A DNA stretch of 64,000 nucleotides from Trichosphaerium sp. ATCC 40318 (taxonomy: Eukaryota > Protista > Tubulinea). The notes under the pieces were generated by a model, which ran no database searches, had not been told where the DNA came from, and saw nothing but the letters and a program-made list of their open reading frames with translations. A program made the translations under genes and the position numbers. The stretch covers positions 1 to 64,000 of the forward strand of contig JALMLS010000216.1 in assembly GCA_038496445.1 (NCBI GenBank), in the 5' to 3' direction. Below are positions 11,858 through 25,677 of the stretch, piece after piece; within the stretch, counting starts at the first letter, position 1, and the number at the start of each line of letters is the position of its first letter.

Positions 11858-14300
11858 TCAGTCTGTAAAGAATGCATGTGTCAAGGCTTCTTGAGCGCTC
11901 GGCCGTTCATCAGGTGTGCACGTGAGAAGATGATCGAGGAGGTCGTATAAACTATCAGGAACAGTAATAGGAAAGTCATCACCTCTCAATTGTGGTAGAG
12001 CCGTTTTAAAGTCCATAGCGTTCAAGAACCTAACGTCTTTTGGCAAAGTCAGTTTTTTTTGCAATGCTTCAGCGCATCTAAATATATTCATAGATCCTGG
12101 AAGTGAAGTTAGATTACATAAGTTCTAACCTAGTTAGCGTACCACAGACAGAAGCTATTTCACACAAACTACTTGCATCGTCAGGAGAATTAAAAAAGGG
12201 GTATCTATTGGATAATATTGACAAAAGGATGACACCTACAGACCAAACATCTTTTTACAGAAAAAAGTAAGCATCAAGTACAAGGACAAACGAGATTGCA
12301 TACCTATCTTAGTCGTTTGGTTTATCGATGCAAGCAACACTTCAGGTGCGCGAAATCCTCGTGTTCCAGCACGTGCTTGAATTGTGTAGGTAAGCAAAAT
12401 ATTCTAAAATAAATTTAAAGCAGACGTACGAGGATGTATCCATTTAGTAGCACGTGGGTTCCTTTGCTGCTTAGCACGCTTCATAGGTGCCTTGGAATTG
12501 CTAGCCTTCTTTAGTGAAGGTACTACTGAATCCACTTTGAAGGTACGTAAAGCTGCATTGGGGTTATTTTGTTTCCTACAAAAAAAACCAGTTAGCAATG
12601 CAACAAGTATTAACTATGCGAACCTGTTTACAGTTTTTCTAGTAGAAGGACTTGTTCCATTTGGAGCTACCTTTAGTTGCTGATTTTTACTTCTCATTTT
12701 AGGTACGCCTTGCTGAGCTTTCATTACTCTCGGTGAGTTATGTGTGAGCCAACTGCTAGATCGTTGCAATACATTCGATTTTTTTTTGAAACTAACAGTT
12801 TGTGCGTATAGTTGATTGGTAGTGATATATCTTCCAAATTTATTTTCCCTCATGTTTGAAAGCATCCCTGGATCCCTATTTGCATCGACAGGTCTATTTT
12901 CTTTGAGCGCTGGAGCATATTGAGACAACGCGGCTACTTCTTGAGACTTTTTTAACAAATCCTTTAGTGAGCATTTTGCAAAGTTGTTTGTGCCAATCAA
13001 ATTTCTTGTAGTGAATACTTTTCGTGGTACATTTGTATGCGCCACAGTGCGCGCTATGCGTGGTGCGCCACCAGAAATTCTATCAAATTTTCTCTTGAGT
13101 TTGCTTGGTTTTCCGATAGCTGGTAAATTCAGCTTTGTATCATCAGAATGTCTCTACATTGGTTTATTAGCCAATACTATATATTTCGTTGGCTTGATAA
13201 ACGTACACAACGATGAGCTAATCCAAAGTCGATAAGCATTACTTTATCTTGTTCTACATTATACAAGATATTTGCTGGTTTGATCTTAACAGGTGTCAAC
13301 ATTGCAATGTGTCAAAGTTCATTTCAAAATATTTTACGTACATCTCTGTGAATAATTTGATTCTTATCGAGCCATGCAAGTGCAATTAGAAGACTCTTTA
13401 GATATAAACGTATTTGAGGAACAGTAATCCCCCTAATCAATTGCTAAAATAGCGTCAGACTGGGCATTACGCACATTAAACAAGGCACCTTAAAATTATC
13501 TTTCTTTACATACGGAAGTGCTAACGTTATTGTTTTCTCACCCCTATGTACGCCCAGTAGGGGCGCTACATTGAACTTGCCACTATTTAAAGGTGAGTAA
13601 CGATTGTGATAAGATAGTTTGTTGTCTTACCCTAATTCTCTCAGGTACCGAATCTCGGCTTCAATACGTTGTGGGTGGTGATTGCTTCTCATACACTTTA
13701 AAGCAACTGGGTTTACATAATCAACTTTTCCGTCTTTTACCAACCAAGCTTTTCGCACTTTTCCAAAAGTTCCTTTTTTTTTTTTTGTCAGTCGCCGAAC
13801 AACGCGTGGGTGAGTACCTTTGCCAATAATATTACCCATCTTGTATTTTGGCGTTACGTTTGTTTGTGGGCACGTGACTTGCGTTGGAGGTGCGGTTTCC
13901 ACTGGATCATCAGTGGACAGTTGCACTTCAATCTATGCACAAAGTTAGGACTAAATTTAATGCTAATGTTTATAATGAAACAGTTTAGCAAAGTTTTAAC
14001 GTACGTCGCAACCCGAAGAATACGTGAGAGACGCTTTATCGTGTGACGCGGGGGTTTCCTCCGTTCCTGAAGAAAATGCGCATATGACAACGTCTGCTTC
14101 ATCCTCTACTACTTCTTGGTAATGTGTGACGGCATTACAATGTTGTTGAACGTTATTTTCTTCAGATGAGAACTCAACTACCACACGATCGCTGTCATCG
14201 TCTGTAACCTTTACTTATGTCATTAACGAAACAATTCATTAATTCGTTATCTTACATCGCTGAAAGCTACCTCTACGCAACTACTAGACGCTTCGCTCAT
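11858..14300 (-). CDS. CDC7: Cdc7 (DDK) serine/threonine kinase
   Basis: IGKGTFGKV, VALK, HRDIKPAN, DFGLA, long kinase insert, RAGTRGFRAPEVL...QTTKI. Confidence 0.92.
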
Positions 14301-14551
14301 TCACTTGTACGTTTGTAGCAATTTTTTTTTTTTTGAAATTGTAATTCGCGCCAAAACAAAACGTAGCCGCGCAATGAAGAGCAATATTACTGCGCTGGGC
14401 GTGTGTTATTAAGCTGGTATTGTCTAATGTAGAAACTAGCGTTGACTTTCAGAGTAACTTGAATGGTATTTCATTTTTACTACCTTGCTTAGGCTGTACA
14501 GACCAATGATGCCTTTTGCCTAAAATGACCCCTGCAAGGTAGAATCAGCAC

Positions 14552-16007
14552 ATGGACTGCTTACCACCCGAGCTTGCTGTAATGATATTGGGAAACCTTG
14601 ATTACATCACTTTGGCGCAGTGTCAAGGTGTTTGCAGATACTGGAAGACTGCAATAGGCCACAATCGGTCACTCAATGTAAGTACTAAGGGTTTTTTTAT
14701 TCCTGTTATGTATACACCCGTGCTAAATACTGTGAAGAGACTGCTAAAACCGTACACATACGTTGTGTTTAGCGATTTCTTTAAAGTAACATCCACAAAC
14801 GACAAGTTCGCGTCGTTTGTAAAGGTAACGCCAATATTTCTTTTATTGTTATTATTTTATTAATTAGGTACAATAGAGCTCGAAATCATCACCATTTTTG
14901 ACTAAACTATTGGGTGGTAATACACGACGCGTATGGGTATCCGTCACGAAACGCCAACTTATTTTTTATCGACAAAAAAAGGTACGTTACGTTATCACGA
15001 AATATGACAATAAAATGACACCTTCACCAACTTATCAAACAGGTTGGTGTTATACTCGTAGTACAGCGCTCAGATATTAAATCCAGACGCCTTAAAAGCA
15101 CGAAGAAGCTCACTCTTAGAACGCAAATCGACTTGTACGAAATATCTCATACAAATAGCAAACTGATGATGCAAGTAAGTAGTGCTCTTAACCCCTCGTG
15201 CGTCAAATGTCTTCAACCAAGTACCTTTGAACCACTTTATTAACGAGGCTTCAGGGAAACAATAAAGCTGGTGCTTGTTGGTGATGTTGGAGTAGGTAAA
15301 ACCTGGTACGCCCATTAACATTTTTATCAAAAAGCCAAGTGCTTAGCAATCTAATGGCTTAACTCAAGTATTATAAACCGTTATGCATTGGACGATTTTA
15401 GCCCATCTACTCCAACAGCTGCAATGGAATGTGTACGGAACAGTGACAGGTAACTTTTTTCTGACTCTTGCACTATAGAAAAAGTTGCAGATAGAAATGG
15501 AGGATGTACACGTTAACATGCAGCTATGGGATACACCTGGATCCATGAGATTTGATGTACACAAACCCATATCATCTGCCTTGCTCATACAACTTAGCCA
15601 ATGACGAGCAGCTTCTACCGAAACGCACATGGCATCATTCTTGTATTTGATGTGACATCGAGAGTTAGTTTTACTAATTTGGCTAAACGGTGGAAGACAA
15701 TACGGACGTATGCAATCACTGGCGTTCCTGTACTCCTAGTTGGCGCCAAAGCGGATCAGTCCTCTCAGGTGTCGTCAACTGAGGTCGCAGCTTGGGCGAA
15801 TAAGCGCGCTATGAAGCACATACATGTTTCATCCAGAACAGCTACAAATGGTATGTATTACATTTTATATACTCTTTCATGCGCTTATAACAACTATAGT
15901 GGATGTCGCTTTCGCTACAATGATAAACTTGGTTCATTCTTTTCGCAGGGGGACGTCATAACCCTAATTTTGCTTGTTTAACACTTGACACATCACCTTT
16001 TTTGTAA
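14552..16007 (+). CDS. F-box / PH-like / Rab-like GTPase fusion
   Basis: LPPELAVMILGNL F-box; RRVWVSVTKRQLIFY PH-like strands; KLVLVGDVGVGKT, WDTPGS, FYRNAHGIILVFDVT, VGAKAD. The 3' end is approximate. Confidence 0.75.
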
Positions 16008-16267
16008 AAAAAACCTTGTACACACCATCACAACTCGTGGTTACCCTTATTTATTATTAAAAAAACTGGTTGCAAATTGCAACAATCCAAAGTCTTTGAC
16101 TTTTTTTTTGACGTTAGTTGCACGCTACAGAAACAGCCCAATTGTAAAAAAATGTGTTGAATTTCGATTATCCGCAAAACTTGCGAAATGGAAGCAAAAT
16201 TGCTTTTTTTTCTTCCACGTTCTTCAGCTTTTTTCTTACTGGTCGCTCTAACTCAGTAATACAACCA

Positions 16268-17653
16268 ATGGCGTACAAAAAAAGCGAAGGATTCAAACGA
16301 TTCAGAAGTTGGGTACCGTTAAAGCGTGTAACTGTAGACGACAAAGTATGGAGCTACTACGAGCACGGCCCACGAGAGAAAGCGCCATTGGTGATGATAC
16401 CGGGCGCAAGCGGCACAGGGCAAATTTTCTTTAAACAATTCTTATCGCTGTGTCCGAAAGGAGTACGCATCATAGCTGTACGTAAACAATTTAAAATAAA
16501 CCGCTGTAGCTCTTATTATCTGCCAGGTAACTTCCCCTTGTTACATGACACATGACGAGTGGATAAAAGGTTTTGATAGATTTTTAGACGCTGCAGGAGT
16601 AGATAGGGTACCGTACCTCATTTTTTTTGTTTTGTTTTTGGAAGTAACAATTTGTTTGAAAATGGTGCTCTGTTAATAACAATTTTTATTAGCTACACTT
16701 GTTTGGTACAGCTTTAGGAGGCTATTTAGCTCAGACGTACATCCAATACAGACCCAGCAGAATAAAATCGTTAGTTTTATGCAATAGTTTTTGTGACACT
16801 CAATACTACGCAGACAATGCGCCTTGTGCTGGATTGTACGCCGTCGTTTAATTTTAAATAATTAGTTCCTAATTTCCTCAAGGTTCACGTGGATGCCAGA
16901 GTTTATGCTAAAGCGTATGATACTCAGCAATTTTCCGAAAGGTGCCTTAGAAACAGAAATCGCAAATTCAGTAGATTTCATGGTCGATCAGGTAATTTGG
17001 AACTGTGGTGACATTGTCTAATAGCTTATAGCTCGAGGGAATGGCTTCACGCGAATTAGCTAGTAAAATGACACTAAATTGCACTTTGGGCCCTCTCAAG
17101 TGCGTATCTAAGATCATGCAACAATTGGGTATTTACTTATACTTGTACTTAGACCTCAAAATTTGGAGATTCCACCAGAGAATGTCACAATTATTGATGT
17201 ACAAAAACGTTATTTATTCATCTCAAACCTAACTAAAACCATGACAGAGCTTGGATGAAGTTGCTATACCTGAAAAGCTCCGACATGAGGTATACAAGAT
17301 ATACAATGGATGTAAAGAAGCACATTTAAAAACAGGAGGTAATTTTCCATACCTAAGCAGGCCAGATGAGGTGAATATGCATTTAAATGTTCATTTACGG
17401 TAAGTGATTCAAAAATTTTGACGCTTAGTTTATTTTGTTTCGCAGGCGAACAATGATTGAGCTACGACCTTCACTAAAGCCAAAAGGCGATAAAGAAGAA
17501 GAACAAGAGCAAGAAGAACAAGAAGAACAAGAAGTAAGGAAGCCCCGCAAAAAGAAATCGCCTAAAGAGCCTGCAACGGAGGTTAAAGAGGAGACAGTAG
17601 AATCAAAGGGAACAGACGAAGAAGAAGAAGCAGAGAAGGAAGAAACCGGTTGA
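16268..17653 (+). CDS. SPG21: Maspardin (alpha/beta hydrolase fold)
   Basis: WSYYEHGPREKAPLVMIPGASGTGQIFFKQFLSL, HLFGTALGGYLAQ, AHLKTGGNFPYLSRPDEVN. Confidence 0.92.
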
Positions 17654-17872
17654 GTTTTTTTTCACGTGCATTGTAAGTGTAGAGATAAATTTGTGACATG
17701 TGCTGCATATTGTGTTGTGCAGGCTTTGAAAAAGCTCGAGTCAGACTTGTTGTTAGTTTTTGATTGTGTTTTGTGTTGTATTCCCGAGTTGTTTTTTGAA
17801 ATTTTCTATGTGAAAATATCGGTCAGGACCAACTACAACTACAGATGTGACGTGTCGGTGCGTAAAAAGAGA

Positions 17873-19887
17873 ATGACAACGCAACGTTGGACCTCTGTGA
17901 TTTTATTGGCCTCACTGGCTTGTATAAGTGCGTAACGCTTCCAACACTTTTGTTATTGATTGGTTTAGCGTGGGCTTTTACAAGCGACGAGCTCACGAAG
18001 AAGGGAGACGAAGCGTTTGTTGCTGGCGAATTAACAAAAGCGTTGGGTACGCACATGCTCGCATTCGCTCAGTAATATCGGCTAGATTTCTATGGCGACG
18101 CCATAAACGCGGATTCGTCAAATTACATGGCTCTCTTCAAAAGGTACCTTAACGCTATCGACACGCTATTAAATCGCGCGTAGAGCCACATTACATCTAC
18201 ATAAAGGCAACTACAGGGGAGCCAAGTACGATTTGAACCAAGGCATGTCAAGTTTAGCGTTAAATTGTTGCTAACCTTATGGCTAGTGCGGAATTTGAAT
18301 CCTTCGTTCTATCAGGTAACAAATCAAAATCAGTCTATTAACTTTCGTCTAAATACCTTTGTAGGCGTGGTCATTGCGTGGGCAATTGCTCTTCCATACA
18401 GGAGAATTTGACGACGCTAGAGACGCCTTGAAAAAGGCTTTGAAGCTTAAACCAAATCACAAAAAATCCACCAAACTAGTACGCAATGACTTGATCATTT
18501 AACACTAACCTGCACTAGCTAGGGCAAGTAACAGAAGCTGAAAAATATTTGGACGAAATTACAACATTGCGCGAATCAGGTGGCAACATTCAAGCGCAAA
18601 AAGAAGCCTTAGACAAGTTAATAAAAGTGAGTAATCACAAGCAATATTGCTTTTACTAAGTCCGTTTAGATCGCCCCTGGAATGTCCAAACCACGCTTGT
18701 GGCTCATAGAAATCGCCTTAAAGAGCGAAGACTACTCCAGCGCACTTGAAAATTCCATGATATTGTTGAAGGCCGACAAGAAGAATTTGGCTGCTGTTTT
18801 ACTTCGTGGTGAAGCATTCAAGTACTTGGGAGAGATAGAAGCTGCAAAACAACACTTTGCGTACGTAAATCAAGACGTCAATAGATGGTTATATTTCAAT
18901 GAAGTTATGTGATTGCATCTTTTTTTAGAAATTGCCACGTGTAATCATGTTATTGCTATGGTTTTTTGGTTTTATGTTTGTTGATATATATTATAGGCAT
19001 TGCTTGAAGAAGGAACCTGATCATTCAGGTTGCAAAGCTGCTTTCAAAGGTCTTAAAAAATATATAAAAGACAAGGAAGAAGCTGAAAATCTATTTCAAC
19101 GCAGGAAAGGAAAACCAGCGCTTGCAAAGGTTGAGGAAGCCCTCAACTACGATCCTAGTACGTCATAAATTACCATATCCATCTTGGGTTACTTCAAGAG
19201 CACTACTCATAATACGTAGATTGGAAACTCATAATTCCTGAGCTGAACTTGCTCAAATGTAAAATTTACAACAGTTTGAAGGATCCCAAGAACGCCATTG
19301 AGGCCTGTAATATTGTTATTGAGGCTGATCCAGAAAACTCTGAAGCTCTCGCTCAACGTGGTGAGGCTAAAATCCTCGAAGAAGATTTCGATGGTGCTGT
19401 TAAAGATTATGAACAAGCTGTCAAAAATAGCAACTCACATGAAGTTCATGATGGCCTTCGTAAAGCAAAGAGGCTCTTAAAGATGTCTCTACGTAAAGAT
19501 TATTACAAAATCCTTGGTACATACTTATCATCTGTTACATCTTTGTTCACAACTATTTCTAGGTATAGCAAAAAGTGCTTCACCAAGAGAAATCAAAAAA
19601 GCGTTCCGTAAGGGTGCATTAATGTATCATCCTGATAAAAACAGCGCTCCAGAGGCAGAAGATAAATTTAAAGATATTAATGAAGCGTATAGTGTACTTA
19701 GTGATCCTGATAAGAAGGGAAAATATGATAGAGGAGAGGACTTGGATGAGCAACAAGGCGGATTCGGAGGTATGATTTTTCTTTTTTTCAATTTTTAGCA
19801 TGTTAGAATATTTCTAATTGGTTGTAAGGGTTTCACGGTTTTGGCGGTGGAAATCCTTTCCAAGGATTTAATTTTAATTTTGGATAA
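17873..19887 (+). CDS. DNAJC3: DnaJ homolog C3 / P58IPK (signal peptide, TPRs, J-domain)
   Basis: TPR helices; RKDYYKILG...HPDK J-domain; YDRGED; [15 protein letters not shown]-terminus. Confidence 0.92.
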
Positions 19888-20145
19888 ATCGAATGTAAAA
19901 ACAAATAGAGCAGTTAACTTTAATAACAATTATTCGTCGACCATATATTTGTAGTGAGGTTGAGTTGACTCAACAAAAAGGAAGTATTAGGTTTGCGCTG
20001 CTGGTTATACTTGTTTAACTTCAATACTCTACCTAGCAATGCCATTAACGTGTAACAGTGCCTTTAATATCAGTGACATGTTGACTTATTACTCATTCAT
20101 CTTTTATTTCTTTACACTTGGAATTCTATTTTACAAAATATTTAA

Positions 20146-21951
20146 TTACTTTTTTAAAACTGCGCACAAAAGCGTAATAGTCCCTCTAGGATCCAAACTA
20201 ACTTTTGTGCTTGACTCATTGCATCCAAAAGCCTCTATATGTACCTGTGCCGCTCCAACACAAGCTACAAAGAAAGTCAGACACGTGCAAAAACGAAAAC
20301 TCGCGTACAATCAGAAAACAATACGTCTCTGTACATTATGCGTATGTTTAATGTGTCTTTGATATTATCTATGGGCATTTCGAGGTCTTGCTTCCACTGT
20401 ATGTAGAGTAAACACTAAACCATCTATGAAAATATTGACTTACCTTTGGATTTGTAGTTTTCTTTGCCACCTTACTGCGTAACCAATACCGTCCTAGGTT
20501 GAAGACAACATATAAATCTTTGGAGTCCTTAATTTTAAGTGAAGACGCCTTTTGCAGCCTAATTAACAGTTTCCCTGCCCGACCTCTTACACATCTAAGG
20601 TCTGTCGCTATACTTCGATAGTCTGCACGTGTCATCTTCTTCTTGATTTTCGGCTTTGTCTGTTCAAAAAGTTGTTAGCACGTGACATTCAGTTTAAATA
20701 GGTAAACGTCACATACCGACTCGGAGCGCCTTCTTTTCTTCTTTGCTAATTCTTTCGCCTTCTTAGCTTTTGCGTAGGTACCATCAGCACCTGGCAATTC
20801 AGTAGGCATTGATGCAACTTTCCATCCTTTACTACTTGATCCACCATGGTGCTGGCTTAATCCTTTCTTTTTAAAAGCATTCTTCATCCTTTTGTGAGCT
20901 GAAGCTCTTAACTTTTTATCATCTTCTTCTATTGCTTCTAACCCTGGAAACGACTTGGGCCTTGCTGCCCTTATTTTTTCCCTTGTTTGGATTTTTGTGA
21001 GAGGCTTTTTTTTTGGCACTTCTTCTGTCCCTCCATTTAATTTTTCGTCTATAAGTGCGAGAGCCATTTCAAAAGCATCGTTTACACCTTCCAGATTATC
21101 TGCCGACGTTTCAACATAACCAGCAGCACCTATTTTCTCAGCGTATTGAAGTCCTACAGAATATCAAAAAAAAAAATCCAAATGACGCCATTTTTTTTTA
21201 GACTTTGTGCGTTTTTCTGTACAAATCTTTCGTAAGAGTACCATACCTTGATACTCTGTAACTGGCATGAGTTGTCTATCATACAATTTGTCCAAGACAG
21301 TTGTGTCGTTTTGCATATCAGCCTTTGTTCCGACCAAAATTGTCGTGTAGCGCTGATTGTACCATGTAAGTAACGTGTTATAGCCTCCGGAATCGGACTC
21401 GTACCGTAGTCTTTCGTGGAGTGCAGTTCTTAAAACTCCGTGGATCTATGGTGGACCTGCATTTCAGAACAACTGTCGTCTCTGTATCAAGATTAACCCA
21501 CATATTAGCGTCATGAACAGGCCGAGTGTCAACAACATTTACGTTGTAAGTTTTACTTTTGTAGCGAACTAGCTGTGATCCTGCACGTGCGCTAACATTG
21601 CTAATACGATAGAAACGCGTCAGGAAGCATGTAACATAATTTAAGACGCTTTTGGTCTTTATTTTTGGGAGTTGTTTTTTTTTTTTTATGCTTTAAACTC
21701 TTTCATATCAAAGTACCTTGTATCTTTAGACGTGTTTATGGAGAGAAACGCATTGATCAAAGAAGTTTTACCAACCTAAAGCCGAATATTAAAACAACCA
21801 TAACTCCGTTTACATTACGCTACAAAGCGTCAAACTACGCACGTGACCGGGTCCTAAAAATAAATAAGAGTCACGTTTTGCTCAAGTAGGTGTAGAAAAA
21901 GAGCAAAAAAGCAGTCATCTTACCTATCACTACGATGTTAACTTCAGTCAT
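20146..21951 (-). CDS. Divergent Rho/Rac-like GTPase fused to a C-terminal C2 domain
   Basis: IVVIGPGHVGKTS (uses an 11-nt exon at 21843-21853); ILVGTKAD; AEKIGAAGYVETSA; C2-like GKLLIRLQKASSL...DLYVVF...SKVAKKTTNPKW. Confidence 0.78.
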
Positions 21952-22082
21952 TCGCCCTTGTTACCACTAAGAAAGCCACGAATTACCAAAGTCAATAGAA
22001 ATAAAGCTTTCACAAAAAAAACTCGGCTTTGTGTTGCCTTTCAGTGATACTACTTGAAACCATTTTTTTAAACCGTTTGCGT

Positions 22083-23222
22083 ATGGCTGAACCCAAGAAA
22101 TATTTATTAGATCACCCAGAACTAAGTAAATTGTTCTTCTTTCCAAGGGATAATGCTGAGAAGCTCCCATATGCGTTCAATATACCACTAAGAGATGGCG
22201 AAACACTAGTATGCGCAAAATATGCGTCTGGGTACTTCATCGTTGTAAATAACTCCAAAACTACGATATTTAAACACACATACGTTTATCCACGCGACAA
22301 AGCGTATTGGCTTGAATTTATTTGTAACGTCGGGGTTTTTTTTAAACTATGTCTTAAACATATTCCAGGCGCTCAGGAAAGACACTGGTCCACTTTCACG
22401 GCAATGGAGAATTAGTGCAGGGTTATGTTAACTATTTAATGCCGCGAGACCAATCACCCTCTCTAGTACATGTCGTAGACGATTTACAACTGAACGCTGT
22501 ACTGATTGCTTTCGATGCAAAAAAAAAAACTGACAATGTACAGGTATTCGTTGAATATCGCGGTTATGGTGACTCTACTGGAACTCCTGCTATGGCGACT
22601 ATGCTGGACGATATCAAAGACGTTTTTGAGGCTCTAAAATTGAGACAGGAAGACATCATCGGTAACCATTAATAATAGAAAATTATCTAATTCCAATCCA
22701 AGTTTATGGTAGATCTATCGGTTCCATATTTGCCATACACTTTGCACACTTGTACCCAAATATTGCTGGCCTTATTATAGATAGTGGACTTGCACATCCG
22801 TTTAATCTCTCAGGTGAGAGGCTTCGTAAGGGTATTGAAGAAGGTAAGTTTGATACGCTACCAAAAGATGCATACGAAACATGCAAAAAGGAGGCTTCGA
22901 TTTTGTTTGATCATGAAAACAAGCTAAAAGCGTATCCTGGGCCTCTTCTATTATTTCATACAAAGGATGACAAAGTTGTATGTCGTTTATCCATTGTTAA
23001 TCATGTACTAAAGTAATTCCCTAGCTTCCAGTTGAAGGAGCAGACGAAATGTTACAGTGGGCTGAAAAATCAAGAAAAAAGCACCTTGTCAAGTTCGAAA
23101 TAGGCGGGCATAACTATATCTGGAGAATGAATGTTGATGAGTATTGCAAGCAACTACGAGAGTTCATTCCAGCACACTGTGGACATGTTGTTGTTCCACC
23201 AAAGCGTTGTACAATTTGTTAA
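22083..23222 (+). CDS. ABHD13/17-like alpha/beta hydrolase with C-terminal CaaX-like motif
   Basis: HFHGNGE, EYRGYGDSTG, YGRSIGS nucleophile elbow, HTKDD, GGHN; ends PKRCTIC-stop. Confidence 0.85.
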
Positions 23223-23481
23223 AATATACTCAAAATTTCTTATAACTGTTTGGGTTTTGGGTTTTGTCAACTAATTGGTGGTTATTTGATCTCTCGTGCG
23301 TTTTTACCAATGTAAGACATGGCGTTTTGAAACAATGTGATCTCAACAACTTCTTTCTTATCACATCAATTCGAAAACATGACCACTTCCTTGAGAAATA
23401 GAAATACCACCTGTTTCGTGGCATAAATGACAAATTTAATACAATTTATTGTATGGACTGATTGCATTGTACGCATCATTT

Positions 23482-24669
23482 CTATTCTACAGGTTTTTTT
23501 TCCTTTTCCCCATCATCTTTATTTTCCTTTTTAGCAATCTTTGCTGCATAGGCTGGATGACTCAGTTTGTTGAAGGACTACAAGTATTTAATAAATGTGC
23601 AATTTTAAGTAATAGTTGGAACCTTTCTTGTTGGGGTATTGTTATCAATGGCACGCTTCCAGTCACTAGTCTCCACAAACTCATTCAAGATTTTATACAC
23701 TAACGTGGGTATAAGGAACCGCCAGTACATAAGTTTAAGGTACCATGGTTGACGTTCAAGGAAGTATTGGCAACATGTTCTTTATTTTCTGAAATTGGCA
23801 GTCGGACAGCCTTAATACCATCTTCCTCAGCTTTTTTAACTGACAGGCCCTAATAAATTTAATAAGGATTTGATTTGTGGTACATTGACACGTGCTTTTA
23901 ATCTATTATGATCAACAATGCCACCAATGACATAAACTTTCTCAGGATCAACATGAGTCAAAACTTCTGTTGCATCTGGAGATAAGTACCTATAAATCAA
24001 TTACTATAAACAGTACCCTTAAAAGCGCATACACTAATTCATCACTATTCCATAATGAGAGTATGTCTTCGTCATGTTTTTCTAACTAAACAATGTCATT
24101 ATGGTACATGTCACTTATCAAGTGGACCTTCCACGACTGCCAACCAACACGTGCAAGAGCTATCCGCATTTTATCTCCAATGCTTGTCAAATGCACCTTG
24201 AGTCGATGCTCTCGCCTCCTTACATATCCGTATATATCCATTAGTTGCACCACACAGCTTCGTATTTCCTTTTTGTTGAATTTAGATTTTTTTGAACTCT
24301 ATTATGTCTGTATCACGCTACCTTGCCAGTAAGTGAGTCTACAAATCGTAAATCTACCGCCACACGAGGTTTTTGCCACACAATGTCATCTGGATGAGAA
24401 TCGTTGAAGGCCGTTACTAATTTACGAATGGCACGCTTTTCTAGCCTTCGCTCTTGCGTAATTTCAAGGTTTGGGTTTGTTTTAGCTGTTCTGCGCTTAA
24501 CGCGCTTCAGCTCTTGTTTTCGCCTCCAATACGCTTGCACATGTGGTTTTAACCCTAAAAAAGCGTGTGGATCGGGATTTACTTCTTTTTCTTCAGTTTT
24601 GCAGTAACAACGTCTACCTGACGTCTCAAAGCGCAAACCACGCGTTCTCAGCGAACGTGCAATCAGCAT
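23482..24669 (-). CDS. TRM10: tRNA m1G9/m1A9 methyltransferase (TRM10 family), probably mitochondrial
   Basis: YLSPDA...VYVIGGIVDHNRLKGLS...AVRLPI, LNVNHV; Arg-rich N-terminal presequence. Confidence 0.88.
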
Positions 24670-25014
24670 TAGTGCTTATAACCATTTCAATGTGACACCT
24701 GTATGTACTTTAGATGAGCAACCGGCTAATACGGAGAACTGCAATACAGCGAACTCAGCGAGAGTTTATGAACAAAATTACAAATGGAAGAAACTTGACT
24801 GTCAAAGTACTATTCAATCTTTTTATTTGTATCTGGGCTGGTATTCTTTACAATTACCAAGCCAACAATAAGCATAGCACATTGTGCAAGGATCCTCATC
24901 ACGGCATAACTGCAAGTGGAGCTGATACTGATTTGAAATAGCGTAGTGTTCTAAAATATGAGTGAGCACGTGTGCAAACTTGTTTAATTGATTTTAGGTT
25001 GGCTTTGTTTTTCA

Positions 25015-25100
25015 AAAGTTCAGATAACTGTAGCCACGTGTTGTAATTTTGGTCAACACCTATATCTTATGATCGCGGAATACAACTCTCATCACTACGA
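25015..25100 (-). ncRNA. Box C/D snoRNA candidate, copy 1
   Basis: Box C GTGATGA (25095-25089), C'-like TGTTGA, guide GGCTACAGTTAT, box D CTGA (25023-25020); intronic. Confidence 0.8.
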
Positions 25101-25379
25101 AACGCCAAAAAAAAAAAAAAACACCACAAAGGTAAAAAAGGCGTACCAAATGAACAAGTGTGTTGCGGTAATCATCCCGTTACACGTTGCTCCTGGTGAT
25201 AGCCAGGGCATACGAGCGACCAGAGTATTCTAGATAATGCACCAAGAAAATTAACTGGTTGCAACCTATAGAACATCAATATAGCTCTAGATTAACGCTT
25301 CAAAAGATAGTGCAACCGATTAGAGAAGCTTGCTATCGTAAAGAAGCGAAGAAATTTTAAAAGATAATTTTTTTTTCGC

Positions 25380-25437
25380 CATCAGACGTAACTTGGATAC
25401 CATCAGTGTTATATCAGATAATTGTTTTAATCATCGA
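25380..25437 (-). ncRNA. Box C/D snoRNA candidate
   Basis: TCGATGA - guide - CTGA (D') - CTGATG (C'-like) - guide - CTGA (D) in ~58 nt; intronic. Confidence 0.65.
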
Positions 25438-25609
25438 AAAAAATAAAGGAAAAAAAAAAAACAAAGAAAAAAGTAATAACGCGTACCATTGCGGTATAAA
25501 CTAGTGTCTTTGCGCTAGTAATATCTCTTGTACATACTATACCCTGGATCTATTACAATTCATGAGTATGATGGCTCGTGAAGCATTTCGAAAAAATAAA
25601 AAGTTTTTC

Positions 25610-25677
25610 GTTTCAAGTCAAAAAAATCCAGTCATCACATTTTGTCAGAGGCACGGAATAAATATTCTCATACAAGC
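25610..25677 (-). ncRNA. Box C/D snoRNA candidate with SSU rRNA-complementary guide
   Basis: TGTATGA (C-like), guide TTATTCCGTGC, CTGA (D'), GTGATGA (C'), TTGA (D-like). The guide pairs with conserved SSU GCAUGGAAUAA using one G-U pair. Confidence 0.6.
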
